Position numbers and translations under genes: made by a program
Part shown: in pieces, positions 42,984 through 54,619 of the stretch
How positions within the stretch are numbered: the first letter of the stretch is position 1
Layout of the letters: each line of letters starts with the position of its first letter
The notes under the pieces: generated by a model
Told to the model about the DNA's origin: nothing
What the model saw: only the letters and a program-made list of their open reading frames with translations
The model's database searches: none
Assembly (NCBI GenBank): GCA_000146045.2
Contig: BK006949.2
Coordinates: 768,001 to 832,000, forward strand
Length of the DNA: 64,000 nucleotides
Direction of reading: 5' to 3'
Source of the DNA: TPA_inf: Saccharomyces
Lineage: Eukaryota

Positions 42984-44453
42984 TCATGCTTCTTTTGCGT
43001 GATGCAATTTAGGATTATTACTTTTTTCGTTTTGGCCGCTTACTGTAGCTGATGACAATGAGGAGTTTTGGCTGTCCTCAGTAGGATTTGTCTCAGACGC
43101 AGAATTAGCGCCATTGCATGTAGTATGAAGTGCATCTGTATCTACACCCCACTGGTAATAATCTCTCCTAACCTCCACGTAATCGTAAGCGAATTCGCCT
43201 ATTTGATCTTCATCCAACCCCAATGCTTCGGCTTCCTCAGTGACTCTTAGATGGACACCCGGAATTTTACCTAATACGAAGCAAATGATGGCCGTGACCA
43301 CAGCACAATAGCCGGCAGAGGCACCGATATAGGCAATTTGAATATACATTTGTTTCCAGTTATGCGTCAACCAACCACCCTTATGCTTTGTTGTGCCGTC
43401 CATTCCAATAACCCAATCAGCTGCAAATAGAGCGTTAAAAATCAATCCCACCACACCGGCGATACCGTGTTCAGCTAATAGATCTAAGGAATCATCCACT
43501 TTTAAATAATACTTTATTTTTGTTGCAAAATTACAAACAACACCCGCTATTATACCTTGGATCAAAGAGCCATATAGAGTAATACAACCCGAGCTAGGCG
43601 TGGCAGCAACTAAACCACAGATAATGCCGGAGCATAACCCAACAGTGGACCATTTTTTTTCAGATCGATAATCTAATAAACACCACGTCATTCCACCCGT
43701 GGTGGCGCTGAGACAAGTGTTCATGAACGCATATACGGACCTCATATTTGGTGACAGTGAGCTTGCAGCATTGAAAAGCAACCAACCAAACCAAAGTATA
43801 GAAGTACCCAAAGTCACCATGGAAACATTATGTGGTCTAAAGTTGATCAGGAGGTTTTCTTTTCTTCTTCCTAGAAAATAAGAATAAACGAAACCAGCCA
43901 CAGCACTTAGGATTTCAATATTCCCACCGCCAGCCCAGTCTAATACCCCCCATTGGTAGGCCCAACCACCTGGGGCCCAAATCCAATAAGTGATGGGACA
44001 GTAAACCAAAGTCGCAAAAACAAAAAGAAAAACCATATGTGGAAAAAGCTTACCTCTTTCCGCAGTGGCACCAGCTATAATACTCAATGCGACACACATG
44101 AACATCATTTGGAAAATGGCATAAATCAGTTCAGGATACGTGGAATCATCCGAAATTTTGCCATAGACGTTTCTAAACCCAAATGAATCCAAGTTGCCGA
44201 TAAATTTGTTGTTCGTCGCAGTCTTAGAGAATGCTAAAGAATAGCCCCAAAAATACCATTGCAGTATACCTACTAAGGTAGCCATTATCACTACCCAAAT
44301 CAAAGCCAGAGCAGATTTTCTTCTTGCTAAACCGGAATAAAGAAAGCCCAGCCCCGGTACCATGAAGAAAACCAGGGCGGCACCTAAAATCATAAAAGCG
44401 ACTGTGGAACTATCATATGTCTCTGTCCATAGATGTCCGTCACCCCGAGCCAT
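42984..44453 (-). CDS. MEP3: Ammonium permease, Amt/Mep/Rh family (489 aa)
   Basis: Start at MARGDGHLWTETYDSST (Met10 of the track ORF); 11 TM Amt family; synteny. Confidence 0.85.
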   Translation of the reverse strand: MARGDGHLWTETYDSSTVAFMILGAALVFFMVPGLGFLYSGLARRKSALALIWVVIMATLVGILQWYFWGYSLAFSKTATNNKFIGNLDSFGFRNVYGKISDDSTYPELIYAIFQMMFMCVALSIIAGATAERGKLFPHMVFLFVFATLVYCPITYWIWAPGGWAYQWGVLDWAGGGNIEILSAVAGFVYSYFLGRRKENLLINFRPHNVSMVTLGTSILWFGWLLFNAASSLSPNMRSVYAFMNTCLSATTGGMTWCLLDYRSEKKWSTVGLCSGIICGLVAATPSSGCITLYGSLIQGIIAGVVCNFATKIKYYLKVDDSLDLLAEHGIAGVVGLIFNALFAADWVIGMDGTTKHKGGWLTHNWKQMYIQIAYIGASAGYCAVVTAIICFVLGKIPGVHLRVTEEAEALGLDEDQIGEFAYDYVEVRRDYYQWGVDTDALHTTCNGANSASETNPTEDSQNSSLSSATVSGQNEKSNNPKLHHAKEA

Positions 44454-44619
44454 GTGAACTCTAAATCTATATGTTTTCAATTGTATCTTCTAAAAAAAAA
44501 ATGCCTTCGCTTTTTACAAAACAATTTCAAAAGTGATTGGACCCTTAACTAGCCTGCATTGATTGTAATAGACAATCAAAGAACCAAAAGAGAGAAGAAG
44601 CGACCGAAAGAAGACGGCT

Positions 44620-44705
44620 ATCAGACTCAAAGCACACAACCTTATTCTACAAGATAGGAAAGGGAGAAGATATCTATCAAATTGTTGCGATAAGATGCGA
44701 TAAGA
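44620..44705 (+). promoter_or_regulatory. Cluster of GATA (GATAAG / GATAG) nitrogen-catabolite-repression elements upstream of MEP3
   Basis: GATAAG at 44689-44694 and 44699-44704 (GCGATAAGATGCGATAAGA), AGATAG at about 44653, CTATC at about 44620 and 44674; 170-250 bp upstream of the MEP3 ATG; MEP genes are Gln3/Gat1 targets. Confidence 0.6.
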
Positions 44706-45155
44706 CAAGGAGAGGGAAAGTCCGTGCTGCATATCAGCATATCAAATCTGCTAAAACATATTAACTTAACATATATATATAATATATAAAGTATGCCATC
44801 GGGTACCTTAACTAAAAAGGGTCATAGCGTGGAAAGCGAGGAAAAACCTCGAGATGGAAAACCAGTTTATGGAAAACTTCAAAATAACTCGCCCGCCTTA
44901 TCGCGGGCAAACCAGCTACGAGAGATAAGGATTTGGCGCCGAGATAAGGTGGAGATGTTTCTCCGCCGCGCGGCACTTTTTGCCGGAACTGGAACTGGTT
45001 TGAGGTAGGTCAAGAAAGTGTCAGTAAATAGGAGTGACAGAAACGGGCACATCTACTCTTCTTTTTCTTGTTTGTTTCGATTAAATGCAATACATACTCC
45101 TAAAGACATATATATATAAATATGTATGCATGCATGCATGCCTTCATAAGTATTT

Positions 45156-46058
45156 CTACTTCCTCTTTTTACGTTGATCGCTGATATATTCCTTCACAAA
45201 ATTCCTCTTAGATTCAACATCTAACTTCCGTGAGACTAGTTTATATTTGTCGCCACCGTTTAATGCAACGCGTAATTCCTCTAAATTATCCGAGAGTACT
45301 TGTGGCTCGTTGATCTTGCATTTAACATTAATGCCCTTGTTCAGAAATCTAGATAAATACTCCATATTGGAGATGGGCAATGTGGTGATGGCAGTTTTAT
45401 TAGTTTTGATTTGGATGGTCTGCAATTCAAATTTTTTAGTTTTGGCCATTGCGGGGTTCATTGTGGTTATTGAAGGGTCTATGAATTCTTTAAGTTTTTT
45501 CCCGGTTATACTAAACGGTAAGACGCTTTTACCATTACATGAGGTACCCTCAGCAAACATAAAATTCACGGTATTGCCCAATTGAGATAGCTCTGCTACC
45601 TCGTGGCCATAGAGTTTTATATCTAACCCACCGGCGAGGATGAAGTTGATGAATTCTCTTATGGAAACTTTGTATACAATGTCATTGGATGGGACCAACA
45701 ACGTAACAGGCCCTTGAGCTAATAACACCACTGAAAAAGCATCTAAAGGTGAGGTACAATTGCAAATATAAAGCTTGCCCTTCTGTGGATAATGCTTGGA
45801 TTTCCTTACGTCACGTTTCTTGATTCCTTGCACGGTAATTTCCTCTTTCCAACTGAATGTAAACTTCAATATCAAACCCAGTAAGTTGTTCTGGCCAGTT
45901 AGAAGGTACAGCATAATCAATGGTAGCATTATAATGGTTTTCACCCCTAGGATACCCAACAAACACGCTGTCATCACCTTACTAGGTTTCCTGATTGTGT
46001 TTGGTAGAAATGGAGCTATTCCCGTACCATTGTCTCTCCAATTGGTGTACTTTTCCAT
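45156..46058 (-). CDS. LOA1: Lysophosphatidic acid acyltransferase of lipid droplets / ER (300 aa)
   Basis: 300-aa ORF, N-terminal TM then acyltransferase region; position YPR139C divergent from TAZ1. Confidence 0.75.
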   Translation of the reverse strand: MEKYTNWRDNGTGIAPFLPNTIRKPSKVMTACLLGILGVKTIIMLPLIMLYLLTGQNNLLGLILKFTFSWKEEITVQGIKKRDVRKSKHYPQKGKLYICNCTSPLDAFSVVLLAQGPVTLLVPSNDIVYKVSIREFINFILAGGLDIKLYGHEVAELSQLGNTVNFMFAEGTSCNGKSVLPFSITGKKLKEFIDPSITTMNPAMAKTKKFELQTIQIKTNKTAITTLPISNMEYLSRFLNKGINVKCKINEPQVLSDNLEELRVALNGGDKYKLVSRKLDVESKRNFVKEYISDQRKKRK

Positions 46059-46390
46059 TACTTTTCTTGTATTTTGTCACCTCGTAGGAGCTACTTCTTT
46101 CACGCCAGGATCTGACAGTATTTCTATTACGTTACTCCAGTCACGTTGAGAAAAGGCTTCATCTTTTTCTTTTTTCTTGAGATAACTTTTTTCTTCTACC
46201 TTCACTCAGACCGAGATATCGGACCTCAAACATAGCGTTTTTTTTTGTAAAACACTTAAGGATGGAGGAACATGTATGCTGAGTAATTCCAGCAGAAACC
46301 ATTTACTGAGAGCCTCATCTTTTGTTAAAAAATTTGTTTAATAAAATATTTCATTTTCAAAAAAAAAAAAAGTAAAGTTTTCCCTATCAA

Positions 46391-47536
46391 ATGTCTTTTA
46401 GGGATGTCCTAGAAAGAGGAGATGAATTTTTAGAAGCCTATCCCAGAAGAAGCCCCCTTTGGAGATTTCTTTCATACAGTACATCATTACTGACCTTCGG
46501 TGTATCAAAACTGCTTCTTTTCACATGCTATAATGTCAAATTGAATGGTTTTGAAAAATTAGAAACTGCCTTGGAACGTTCCAAAAGGGAAAATAGAGGC
46601 CTTATGACGGTCATGAACCATATGAGTATGGTCGATGATCCGTTAGTTTGGGCAACACTACCATATAAGTTATTTACGTCTTTGGACAACATAAGATGGT
46701 CTTTGGGTGCACATAATATTTGCTTTCAAAATAAATTTCTGGCCAACTTTTTCTCACTTGGCCAAGTCCTTTCAACAGAAAGATTTGGGGTGGGCCCATT
46801 TCAAGGTTCTATAGATGCTTCAATAAGATTGTTAAGCCCTGACGACACTTTAGACTTGGAATGGACCCCTCACTCTGAGGTCTCTTCTTCGCTAAAAAAA
46901 GCCTACTCCCCGCCCATAATAAGGTCGAAGCCATCTTGGGTCCATGTTTATCCAGAAGGATTTGTACTACAATTATATCCGCCTTTTGAAAATTCGATGA
47001 GGTATTTTAAATGGGGTATTACCAGAATGATCCTAGAAGCAACAAAGCCGCCCATTGTAGTACCAATATTTGCTACAGGGTTTGAAAAAATAGCATCCGA
47101 AGCAGTCACAGATTCAATGTTTAGACAAATTCTACCAAGAAACTTTGGCTCTGAAATAAATGTTACCATAGGGGATCCTTTAAATGATGATTTAATCGAC
47201 AGGTATAGAAAAGAATGGACACATTTGGTTGAAAAATACTATGATCCCAAAAATCCTAACGACCTCTCTGACGAATTGAAATATGGTAAAGAGGCGCAAG
47301 ATTTAAGAAGCAGATTAGCCGCTGAACTGAGAGCCCATGTTGCTGAAATTAGAAATGAAGTTCGCAAATTACCACGCGAAGACCCTAGGTTCAAATCCCC
47401 CTCATGGTGGAAGCGGTTCAACACCACGGAAGGTAAATCGGACCCAGATGTTAAAGTCATTGGCGAAAATTGGGCAATAAGGAGGATGCAAAAGTTTCTG
47501 CCTCCAGAGGGTAAACCAAAGGGTAAGGATGATTGA
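46391..47536 (+). CDS. TAZ1: Tafazzin, lyso-phosphatidylcholine/cardiolipin transacylase (381 aa)
   Basis: 381 aa; acyltransferase HX4D motif (VMNHMSMVDDP); synteny. Confidence 0.88.
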   Translation: MSFRDVLERGDEFLEAYPRRSPLWRFLSYSTSLLTFGVSKLLLFTCYNVKLNGFEKLETALERSKRENRGLMTVMNHMSMVDDPLVWATLPYKLFTSLDNIRWSLGAHNICFQNKFLANFFSLGQVLSTERFGVGPFQGSIDASIRLLSPDDTLDLEWTPHSEVSSSLKKAYSPPIIRSKPSWVHVYPEGFVLQLYPPFENSMRYFKWGITRMILEATKPPIVVPIFATGFEKIASEAVTDSMFRQILPRNFGSEINVTIGDPLNDDLIDRYRKEWTHLVEKYYDPKNPNDLSDELKYGKEAQDLRSRLAAELRAHVAEIRNEVRKLPREDPRFKSPSWWKRFNTTEGKSDPDVKVIGENWAIRRMQKFLPPEGKPKGKDD

Positions 47537-47733
47537 AATTTAAGCAATTAAATTCGTGTAAATACTAGCATGTATGAGGTCATTTTTACATAACAAATAT
47601 TCATTACTTACTTTGCTTTTTATCTGTGCGCATTAAAATGAGTTTCATATATAATATAGTTACATGTGATGAATGTATGGACAGTCTCTGTCATTTGTCA
47701 AAGGAGTGAAAAAGACCAGAAAAGGCCTTGACC

Positions 47734-49923
47734 TCATTTTCTACTAACCAATCTGGTAGAATTCACTTTAGACGCAAATCTTAACGAATTGAGAGTCTCA
47801 TTAATATGAGAGGAGCTTGGTGAAATGTTTACAAACATTAATGTTTTCGAATCCCCAGTGAGTGAATATTGCAGTAGGTATGTCAGTTTTGAGTTCCTGA
47901 ACGGTATATGTCTTTTGGTACTATCAGGCTGACCTAAAGCATGAATAACGTCACCTAAGCAACTTAAAGATTTATTTATATTTTGTGTTTCTCTTAATCT
48001 ATCCCCTACAACTTGAGAGACATTTATTCTTTCGGAACCGGCCAAATCAACAAGATTTAGTGTGCCATACGAGTGTGCTCCAGTTTTTGCATTTGATCCA
48101 GACAAATGAATTATGAAAATACTGTGTGAACGGGAGGAATGCTCATTTGATGCTGTGCTAGCGGTGGATCTTAATTTATTTGCTTTTTTCAGGATTATTT
48201 CCACCATTTCTTCCGACTCAAGCTTGCAACTCGTAACATTCGTTATCGTGGTAGTCTTAGTTTCCTGATCATGACGTATTTCGTGCTTTAAGCCAATGCT
48301 TGTGTCTTCTTTATTATTATTATCACTTCTCAATAAGTCTACGATGTTCTCGTTGTAGATCTCAATGAATTCGCAGTTAACTTTATAATCCCATCCTTTT
48401 GTCTTTAATTTATTGATCCAGTTAAATATATGAGATATTGTGGACGGAATGATACCATCACCTGGATTTAACATCGTGAAAGTTTTCCCAGATCCTGTTT
48501 GTCCGTATGCGAAGATACAAACATTATATCCATCTAATGAACTTTGCACTAACTGACCAACTTCTTTAAAAACATCCACATTTGTATCCTGTTGATCAAA
48601 TATTTTATCAAATTTGAATTCATGCACTTGCGCTGTGTTTTGTATTTTCGTCACTTCCATAGATTGAACACCACTATTGTCATCAAATTCATTAACATTA
48701 ATAAGGCTAGTATCAGAATTTTCCAAATTTTTTAGAGCTGGACGAATCCTACAATAAACTCGTATATTTCCTCTTAACTCTTGTAACTCATTATGCAATG
48801 TGCGTCTAACCGTTTCCTCTTTAATCAGAATTTCATTCAACTCCTTCATACCCAGTTCAGTGTCTTTTATATATTCCTCAAGTTCTTTGATCTTTTCCAA
48901 AGTTTCTAAATTAGTTTTCTGTTTTAATGCCACCTCATCTCTCAGCCTTGTAGTTTCCTCTTCCTTTTCTTTAACTTTTACTTTGATAGCTTCATACGCG
49001 TTACGCTTTTCTGTTAAGAGCTTCTTTTTTTCTGCCAACTCAGGTTTTAATGTATTTTCGATTTCCTTTTTTATGCTTTCGATTTCTTGCATATGTTTAT
49101 TATTCAGCTCTATATCCTTTTTCCACTGCGATTGGTACTCTGTAAGCCATTCTTCTTTTTCAAGCATATGCTTTTGTTCAACATCGTTCAACATTTCCTG
49201 TAAAGTGGAAGGGTTCATGGTGATTTTATTTCTTACCTCTTCTATTTTATCTAAAAGCGACGCTCTTTCATTTTCAAACTGTTTAATCTTCATAAATTTC
49301 AATTTCTCAATTTTTGTTTTGTATTCATTTTCCATTTGTTTCAGCTCTTTTTTATTAGATGCCGCTAGCTGCTTTAAATGTATTTCATGTCCTTCATTCA
49401 TGAACTGCTTCTTTGACAAAAATTCTTCTTTAATCGAGATAAGTTCATTGTTTTTCAAATTCAGTTGCTGTTCAATTTTTATCTTTTCTTCACGAAGGGT
49501 TTCAAATTTGAGATTAACGGCATTGATTTTCTCTTTCGTTTCTGTTAGTTCATCTTTGAGTAAATCTAGTGTTGCCTTTTTCTCAAATAAGATTGCTTGT
49601 GTTCTATTGAGTTCATTAACATTTTCTTTATAAAAGGAAGTTACACCGGAGTTGCTTTTCTGGTTTCCATAAATCAAATTTGCTGTACCTTTATAATTCT
49701 TTAAAAGCTCGCGATTAGGTGACATGGATATGCGACTCTGACTAGCTAATGAGTGTCTATGAATATCCGTACGTTGCGGCTTCAGAAGAGTGTGCTTAGG
49801 CGGTGGAGTTGTTGTATTTCTTCTTTTGTGGCCATTCATAGCTAAAATATCATTCTTCGGCGATGGTGTCGAGAGATGCTGCGTAGATCTGCCTTTTGTG
49901 GGAGTACGTGGAAGTGATTCCAT
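47734..49923 (-). CDS. KAR3: Minus-end-directed kinesin-14 (729 aa)
   Basis: N-terminal coiled coil, C-terminal motor domain with P-loop GQTGSGKT and switch motifs (SSRSHS, DLAGSE). Confidence 0.92.
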   Translation of the reverse strand: MESLPRTPTKGRSTQHLSTPSPKNDILAMNGHKRRNTTTPPPKHTLLKPQRTDIHRHSLASQSRISMSPNRELLKNYKGTANLIYGNQKSNSGVTSFYKENVNELNRTQAILFEKKATLDLLKDELTETKEKINAVNLKFETLREEKIKIEQQLNLKNNELISIKEEFLSKKQFMNEGHEIHLKQLAASNKKELKQMENEYKTKIEKLKFMKIKQFENERASLLDKIEEVRNKITMNPSTLQEMLNDVEQKHMLEKEEWLTEYQSQWKKDIELNNKHMQEIESIKKEIENTLKPELAEKKKLLTEKRNAYEAIKVKVKEKEEETTRLRDEVALKQKTNLETLEKIKELEEYIKDTELGMKELNEILIKEETVRRTLHNELQELRGNIRVYCRIRPALKNLENSDTSLINVNEFDDNSGVQSMEVTKIQNTAQVHEFKFDKIFDQQDTNVDVFKEVGQLVQSSLDGYNVCIFAYGQTGSGKTFTMLNPGDGIIPSTISHIFNWINKLKTKGWDYKVNCEFIEIYNENIVDLLRSDNNNKEDTSIGLKHEIRHDQETKTTTITNVTSCKLESEEMVEIILKKANKLRSTASTASNEHSSRSHSIFIIHLSGSNAKTGAHSYGTLNLVDLAGSERINVSQVVGDRLRETQNINKSLSCLGDVIHALGQPDSTKRHIPFRNSKLTYLLQYSLTGDSKTLMFVNISPSSSHINETLNSLRFASKVNSTRLVSRK

Positions 49924-50322
49924 AGTTTAATAGTTGCCAGAATTTCTCTAAGTCCTTTATTTCAAAATCTACCTTTTTTAAACAAAGACTCCGGATAGTT
50001 GTTCTGGTATATTCAAATAGAATAATAAGAAACACAAAGAGCGGAAAAATTGATAGCTTTAATGCTTATATAATATTCGATAATTTTTTTAGCTGTAATA
50101 CTCATCATCATATTTTGATTCGAGGCGCATCAAATTGTAAACAGTGTTTGTTTTGATTTTGTTTGAGATTCATTTTGGTGTATCTCCATTACCCTCTTAT
50201 TGGAAAATTTTGAAAGAAAAAAATCTAGGATTCGATGCCCATAAGATATAAGGAAAGGTAATAAACAGATGCTATGAATAAAGCGATAGAGAAGCCGAAG
50301 GAAAATCAGTACATAATTGATC

Positions 50323-51075
50323 ATGGGCTCCAAGCACAGAGTAGACACTAAGGATAAGAAAAGAACCAGAAAGAATGCAGAATTTGGGCGTGAAAAAAGG
50401 AATAGTGGCAACCAAGAGTTAAGTAATGAGCCGGAAAAAGATACAATAATGGAAGGTGATGAAGCCGAAGAAGACGAGCAGAATAGCTCTAGCGATGAAT
50501 CATCTAAAATTATAGATAACGAACAAAGTGATGCTGAAGAAGATGATGATGAAGAAGAAGAGGACGACGACTTCCCAAGAAAGAAAAAATCGAAAAACAG
50601 CAAACATGATGATGGTTCTACTGGATTTTCTGCTGCAGTAAATGCTATTTTATCATCACATCTGAAAGCATACGACAGGAAGGACCCCATCATGGCTAGA
50701 AACAAAAAGGTGCTGAAGCAAAGTGAGTCAGAAAAGCTAGAATACAAGGCCAAAAAAGCATTGTTGGCAGAAAAAAAAAAGTTATTAGGTAAAGCCAGAA
50801 AGACGGATATTATTCCAATTGCTTCCGGAGAAGACAGGTCAGAAAATATTAGAAAAGTCCTTGAGAAGGAGACAGCGCTCAGAAAGATAGCTCAAAAAGG
50901 TGCCGTGAAATTATTTAACGCCATTTTAGCAACTCAAGTCAAGACAGAAAAGGAAGTATCCGAAAATTTAAGCGAAATTAAGAATAAAGAAGAAAAGAAA
51001 GAATTGATCACTGAAGTTTCCAAAGAAAAATTTTTGGATTTAGTTAAAGCTGCCGCAGGAAGCGACAATGAATAA
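50323..51075 (+). CDS. RRP15: Pre-60S ribosome biogenesis factor (250 aa)
   Basis: Start at [14 protein letters not shown] (Met3 of the track ORF); acidic/basic low-complexity nucleolar protein; synteny YPR143W. Confidence 0.75.
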
Positions 51076-51528
51076 TCAACATGTTCATGTCAAAAGAAGA
51101 AAAAAAATAAAGAAATAAAAACTGTATATTATTTAGTCTATGTCAAGCGAGAAAGGGGCCCTATATCTTCCCTCCTCCTTGCAATTGAATTTTGTTTGCA
51201 TTCTATATTATCATATAGTTTCATATCAATTGCAAAAACTTTTGCAGCCAATGTTACAAAATTGTTTTCAATCAAAGAAATACAGGTGTGGTGTCCTTCA
51301 CCATCGATATATTAATATTAATATATCATGAATAAATATAAAAATTCAAGGTAATGTACTTGTGCACTTCTTTTAGAATATAGCAATTTCCCTTAGCTCT
51401 TTTTCAAATTGTAATTCTCTACAATACATAAAAAGAAATTGATCTTTGGTTCAACTTTATATATCGCAATAAGCAATTCTCAACATTATGAAAGTTTATC
51501 TAAATTAAACAATCTTCAACAATAGAAT

Positions 51529-51602
51529 GGTCTCTTGGCCCAGTTGGTTAAGGCACCGTGCTAATAACGCGGGGATCAGCGGTTCGATCCCGCTAGAGAC
51601 CA
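51529..51602 (+). tRNA. tI(AAU): tRNA-Ile (AAU)
   Basis: GGTCTCTTGGCCCAGTTGGTTAAGGCACCGTGCTAATAACGCGGGGATCAGCGGTTCGATCCCGCTAGAGACCA; anticodon AAU; 74 nt. Confidence 0.9.
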
Positions 51603-51764
51603 TTTATTTTTGACCCAGGTTTTTTTCCTAGGCAAAATTGATAACAGGGACTTACTATTTTCTATTTTTTTTTTTTTTTACATCTCAAACAAGGGAAATC
51701 GATGACTCTGTTGATATAAATGTATATATACACACTTTTAAAACTTCGTTGTTCATCTTCGCTT

Positions 51765-53423
51765 TCACCATGCTACCCCAGGCAAGTAGACGTTACCTTG
51801 GGATGACGCTTCGCTATCGCCGTCTTCATTATCAAAAACGTTTGTGAAAGCCTCAAATTCTAACGTAGGAAGTGTCTTCAACTTTCTTGAAGATTCTGCA
51901 TTGAGCAAAGAATCATAGTTCCAGTCTAAGAAATCTTCCATGTTATAACTTAGCTTCTTAAATGGTTGAGCAAATATCTTCGCCAACGTGGCTACATTAG
52001 GATGATAATGTTCCATCAATGACGCCAGCTCCCACAGAGAGGAATCCAGTGCATGAGTTAACTCAGGGTCCGATTCATGAACATCGAAGGGATCTACATA
52101 GTTTTCTTTCAGAGTTTTCAAGTTCGCCACTTGGTCAGGTGTCTGGAATGGGTTGGAAATGAAGGCTGGGTTGTGCAGCATAATCATACAATTCGGATGT
52201 TTCCTGATTAAATTATAGATGAAGGGAATCACGGTGACAATAGCAGAGGGTGGTGATTCTAGGGTGAGTCTGGCTAGCTTTTTGATGAAAGATGCTACTA
52301 AATGGGCGGATAAATGTGTTGATGACAAAAATACGTCCATTAACCTGAAAAATCTTGCTCTGTATTTAACATGCATTAAGTCTGGATTTATAATTTGATA
52401 AAGTTTCATATAAAAATTTGGATATTCCAAGTTGAATCTTTTCATCAATTCAAAAAGGCCATTCAGAGCCAAGATCGGAACAACACCGGCGTTTTTATTA
52501 GAGCTTTGCAAATTGTAGGAATCAGTAAGGAAATCCATTAGTTTAGTTGGAGTGTGGAAATGAGGTATTATTCTCTTATGCAAAATTAACAGAATAGACT
52601 TATACTGCTGTAAAGACAATTGGCCGTTTAAAAGGGATAACCAATTTTTCTCGAAATTGGACTTGAATTTGGACTCGTTCTCTATGGCTTGTGGGGGATT
52701 TGGTACAAAGATCTCTAAATCTGCATCAACACTAGAGCAATGTTTGTCATGATTTACTAAAGCTAACCATTTACCAACGTTTTTCAAAAGCAAGTCCTGG
52801 TAGGCTGGATCCTCTAATAGTTGGTTAAATTCTGATTGAAAGTAGTATTGAATATCTGCAAATTTCGTATAATATTTTTCCGTGAATTCTACTATGATTA
52901 AATTTTCAGACGCACCCGAGCTTTTGACATCCTCTATTTCACCCATGTTCGAGGACCATAGGGCGATGATTAACTTTCTGAATGTTTTATTGGGGAAAAA
53001 TGGTGCGCCCTTTTCAGATGCAAAATGAGTTGATTCCAGCTCTGCAAGTTGAAGATAGACATCAAGCGAATCTAACCCAAGTGATGTTTCGAAAGGTATG
53101 TCCGAAATGATAGCTAACAGCTTCGTCTTGAACGCTTCATACACCTTTCTACACCAATTAACAAACTGTTCCTTCTCTAATGTGCTCTTTTTGGACGAAG
53201 GAAGGGTCAAGTCGCCGCGGGAAAACAGCTTTCTAAATATCTGGAATAGCGACATAACCAGAAATCTCAAATTTTTTTCTGTCTCATCTTCTTCCAATTG
53301 AGTAACATTTTCTGGAATCACTAGTTCATTGATTAACTTGATAATGGAGTTGTACTGCTTTCTGTCACCCGCAGCAGTCAGCCTCTTGGCAATATCTTTA
53401 ATTTCTGATATAAGCAATACCAT
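51765..53423 (-). CDS. NOC4: Nucleolar complex protein 4, SSU processome / 40S export (552 aa)
   Basis: 552-aa ORF, CBF/Mak21 family helical protein; synteny YPR144C. Confidence 0.85.
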   Translation of the reverse strand: MVLLISEIKDIAKRLTAAGDRKQYNSIIKLINELVIPENVTQLEEDETEKNLRFLVMSLFQIFRKLFSRGDLTLPSSKKSTLEKEQFVNWCRKVYEAFKTKLLAIISDIPFETSLGLDSLDVYLQLAELESTHFASEKGAPFFPNKTFRKLIIALWSSNMGEIEDVKSSGASENLIIVEFTEKYYTKFADIQYYFQSEFNQLLEDPAYQDLLLKNVGKWLALVNHDKHCSSVDADLEIFVPNPPQAIENESKFKSNFEKNWLSLLNGQLSLQQYKSILLILHKRIIPHFHTPTKLMDFLTDSYNLQSSNKNAGVVPILALNGLFELMKRFNLEYPNFYMKLYQIINPDLMHVKYRARFFRLMDVFLSSTHLSAHLVASFIKKLARLTLESPPSAIVTVIPFIYNLIRKHPNCMIMLHNPAFISNPFQTPDQVANLKTLKENYVDPFDVHESDPELTHALDSSLWELASLMEHYHPNVATLAKIFAQPFKKLSYNMEDFLDWNYDSLLNAESSRKLKTLPTLEFEAFTNVFDNEDGDSEASSQGNVYLPGVAW

Positions 53424-54392
53424 ATTCTTTGACGTTTCTTTTTAATAGATCTCTCTTCATGGCAATAGAGGATGATAATTACATCTCATCTCATCTCATC
53501 AAAACCGTAATACACTTTTTTTTTTCTCAGTTGGAAAATTTTAGTGAAAAATTTCAAGAATAGCCCTAAACCTTCAAATACGAGGATTACCCGTAGAGAA
53601 GTGCTGAAAAACTTTTTTCTTTTTCTTTTTTTTCGATTTTCATTTAACAGGTATAAAAAGCGAAACACTCGGTACATATATTTTACCAAGACGCGTTAGA
53701 TTTTCTTTGGAGGTTTCATTTAAAGAAACCAATGACCTTCCAAGTTTTTAAAAGAATACGATGATATTATTTGCGTTTCAAATCGAACAATTCTTCTCGG
53801 AGCGATCTGAGGTTTTAATGGAGATAGCGGTTCCTGCGCAACCCATTGATCTTGTTACATTCTTAAGAATGACAAGGACGCTTTTATAAAATTCTGATTC
53901 TTTTTTCTTTCATTCTTTTGTTGTTTTTGACTTGGGAGTAGTCATCTCATCTGTACACAAGTAGCTTTTTATATGTTCTTAAATTGTAGACTAGTCAAAA
54001 CTTGTGTCCTTTAAACCGTGCCGAAACAGTTTTAAAGCGGACATCCAGGGAAACTTGCCGTTAACAATAAGTGACCTTGCATGGAAGACTGTCGATTGGT
54101 CTCTGTGGAAACCAGTGCATATCTAAATTAAATCTATTGTCATCACGAATGCCGCCCGTGTTCGTGCAACGTGAGCGCAAATACGCCTGGGGTCTGTCTT
54201 TCTGCGCTGGAAAGCACCTTCGGGCATCAACTACCGTTTCTTATCGCTGGCACTATCTATCCACCAATCACACGGCAGCAGTACTGCTGCCGTGGACGGC
54301 AAATTAGGTACAGGGCCTATGACTGTTATCATTTGGCAGGCTCAGACAGAGAGAGAGAGCACAAGGAAAAGAGCCTTAACTCATGTAACATT

Positions 54393-54399
54393 TGACTCA
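54393..54399 (+). promoter_or_regulatory. Gcn4 response element (TGACTCA) upstream of ASN1
   Basis: TTTGACTCATTC about 225 bp upstream of the ASN1 ATG; ASN1 is under general amino acid control. Confidence 0.5.
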
Positions 54400-54619
54400 T
54401 TCTGTAAACTGAAAATTTGCTGCCCACTCGAGATGACAAATAGTTCGTTCTTGAATTTATGCGCATTTATAGATACGCATATATAACCCTATAGTGAACG
54501 CCACTAGGAGACAGATTCTGTTTGGACCCTGATCGCATACTCTTCTTACCTTTACATAATAAAATAAGAAAAAGTATAACTTGCTTTACGCTAAGGATAT
54601 AAATCGGACGTAACTTAAG

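Noticed and set aside
48800-49633. 277-aa ORF on the plus strand antisense to KAR3
   Set aside because: Ser/Phe/Leu-rich low complexity. It is an artefact of the K/E-rich coiled-coil codons on the sense strand and is fully nested in KAR3.
50130-50753. 207-aa minus-strand ORF overlapping RRP15 (YPR142C-like)
   Set aside because: It is antisense to the acidic stretch of RRP15, and its poly-Ser comes from GAA/GAT repeats.
54071-54486. Three short overlapping plus-strand ORFs (64-78 aa) in the NOC4-ASN1 intergenic region
   Set aside because: They are compositionally unremarkable and sit where the ASN1 promoter and 5' UTR should be. I could not support a coding call. A small annotated ORF may exist here, but I cannot verify it from sequence.
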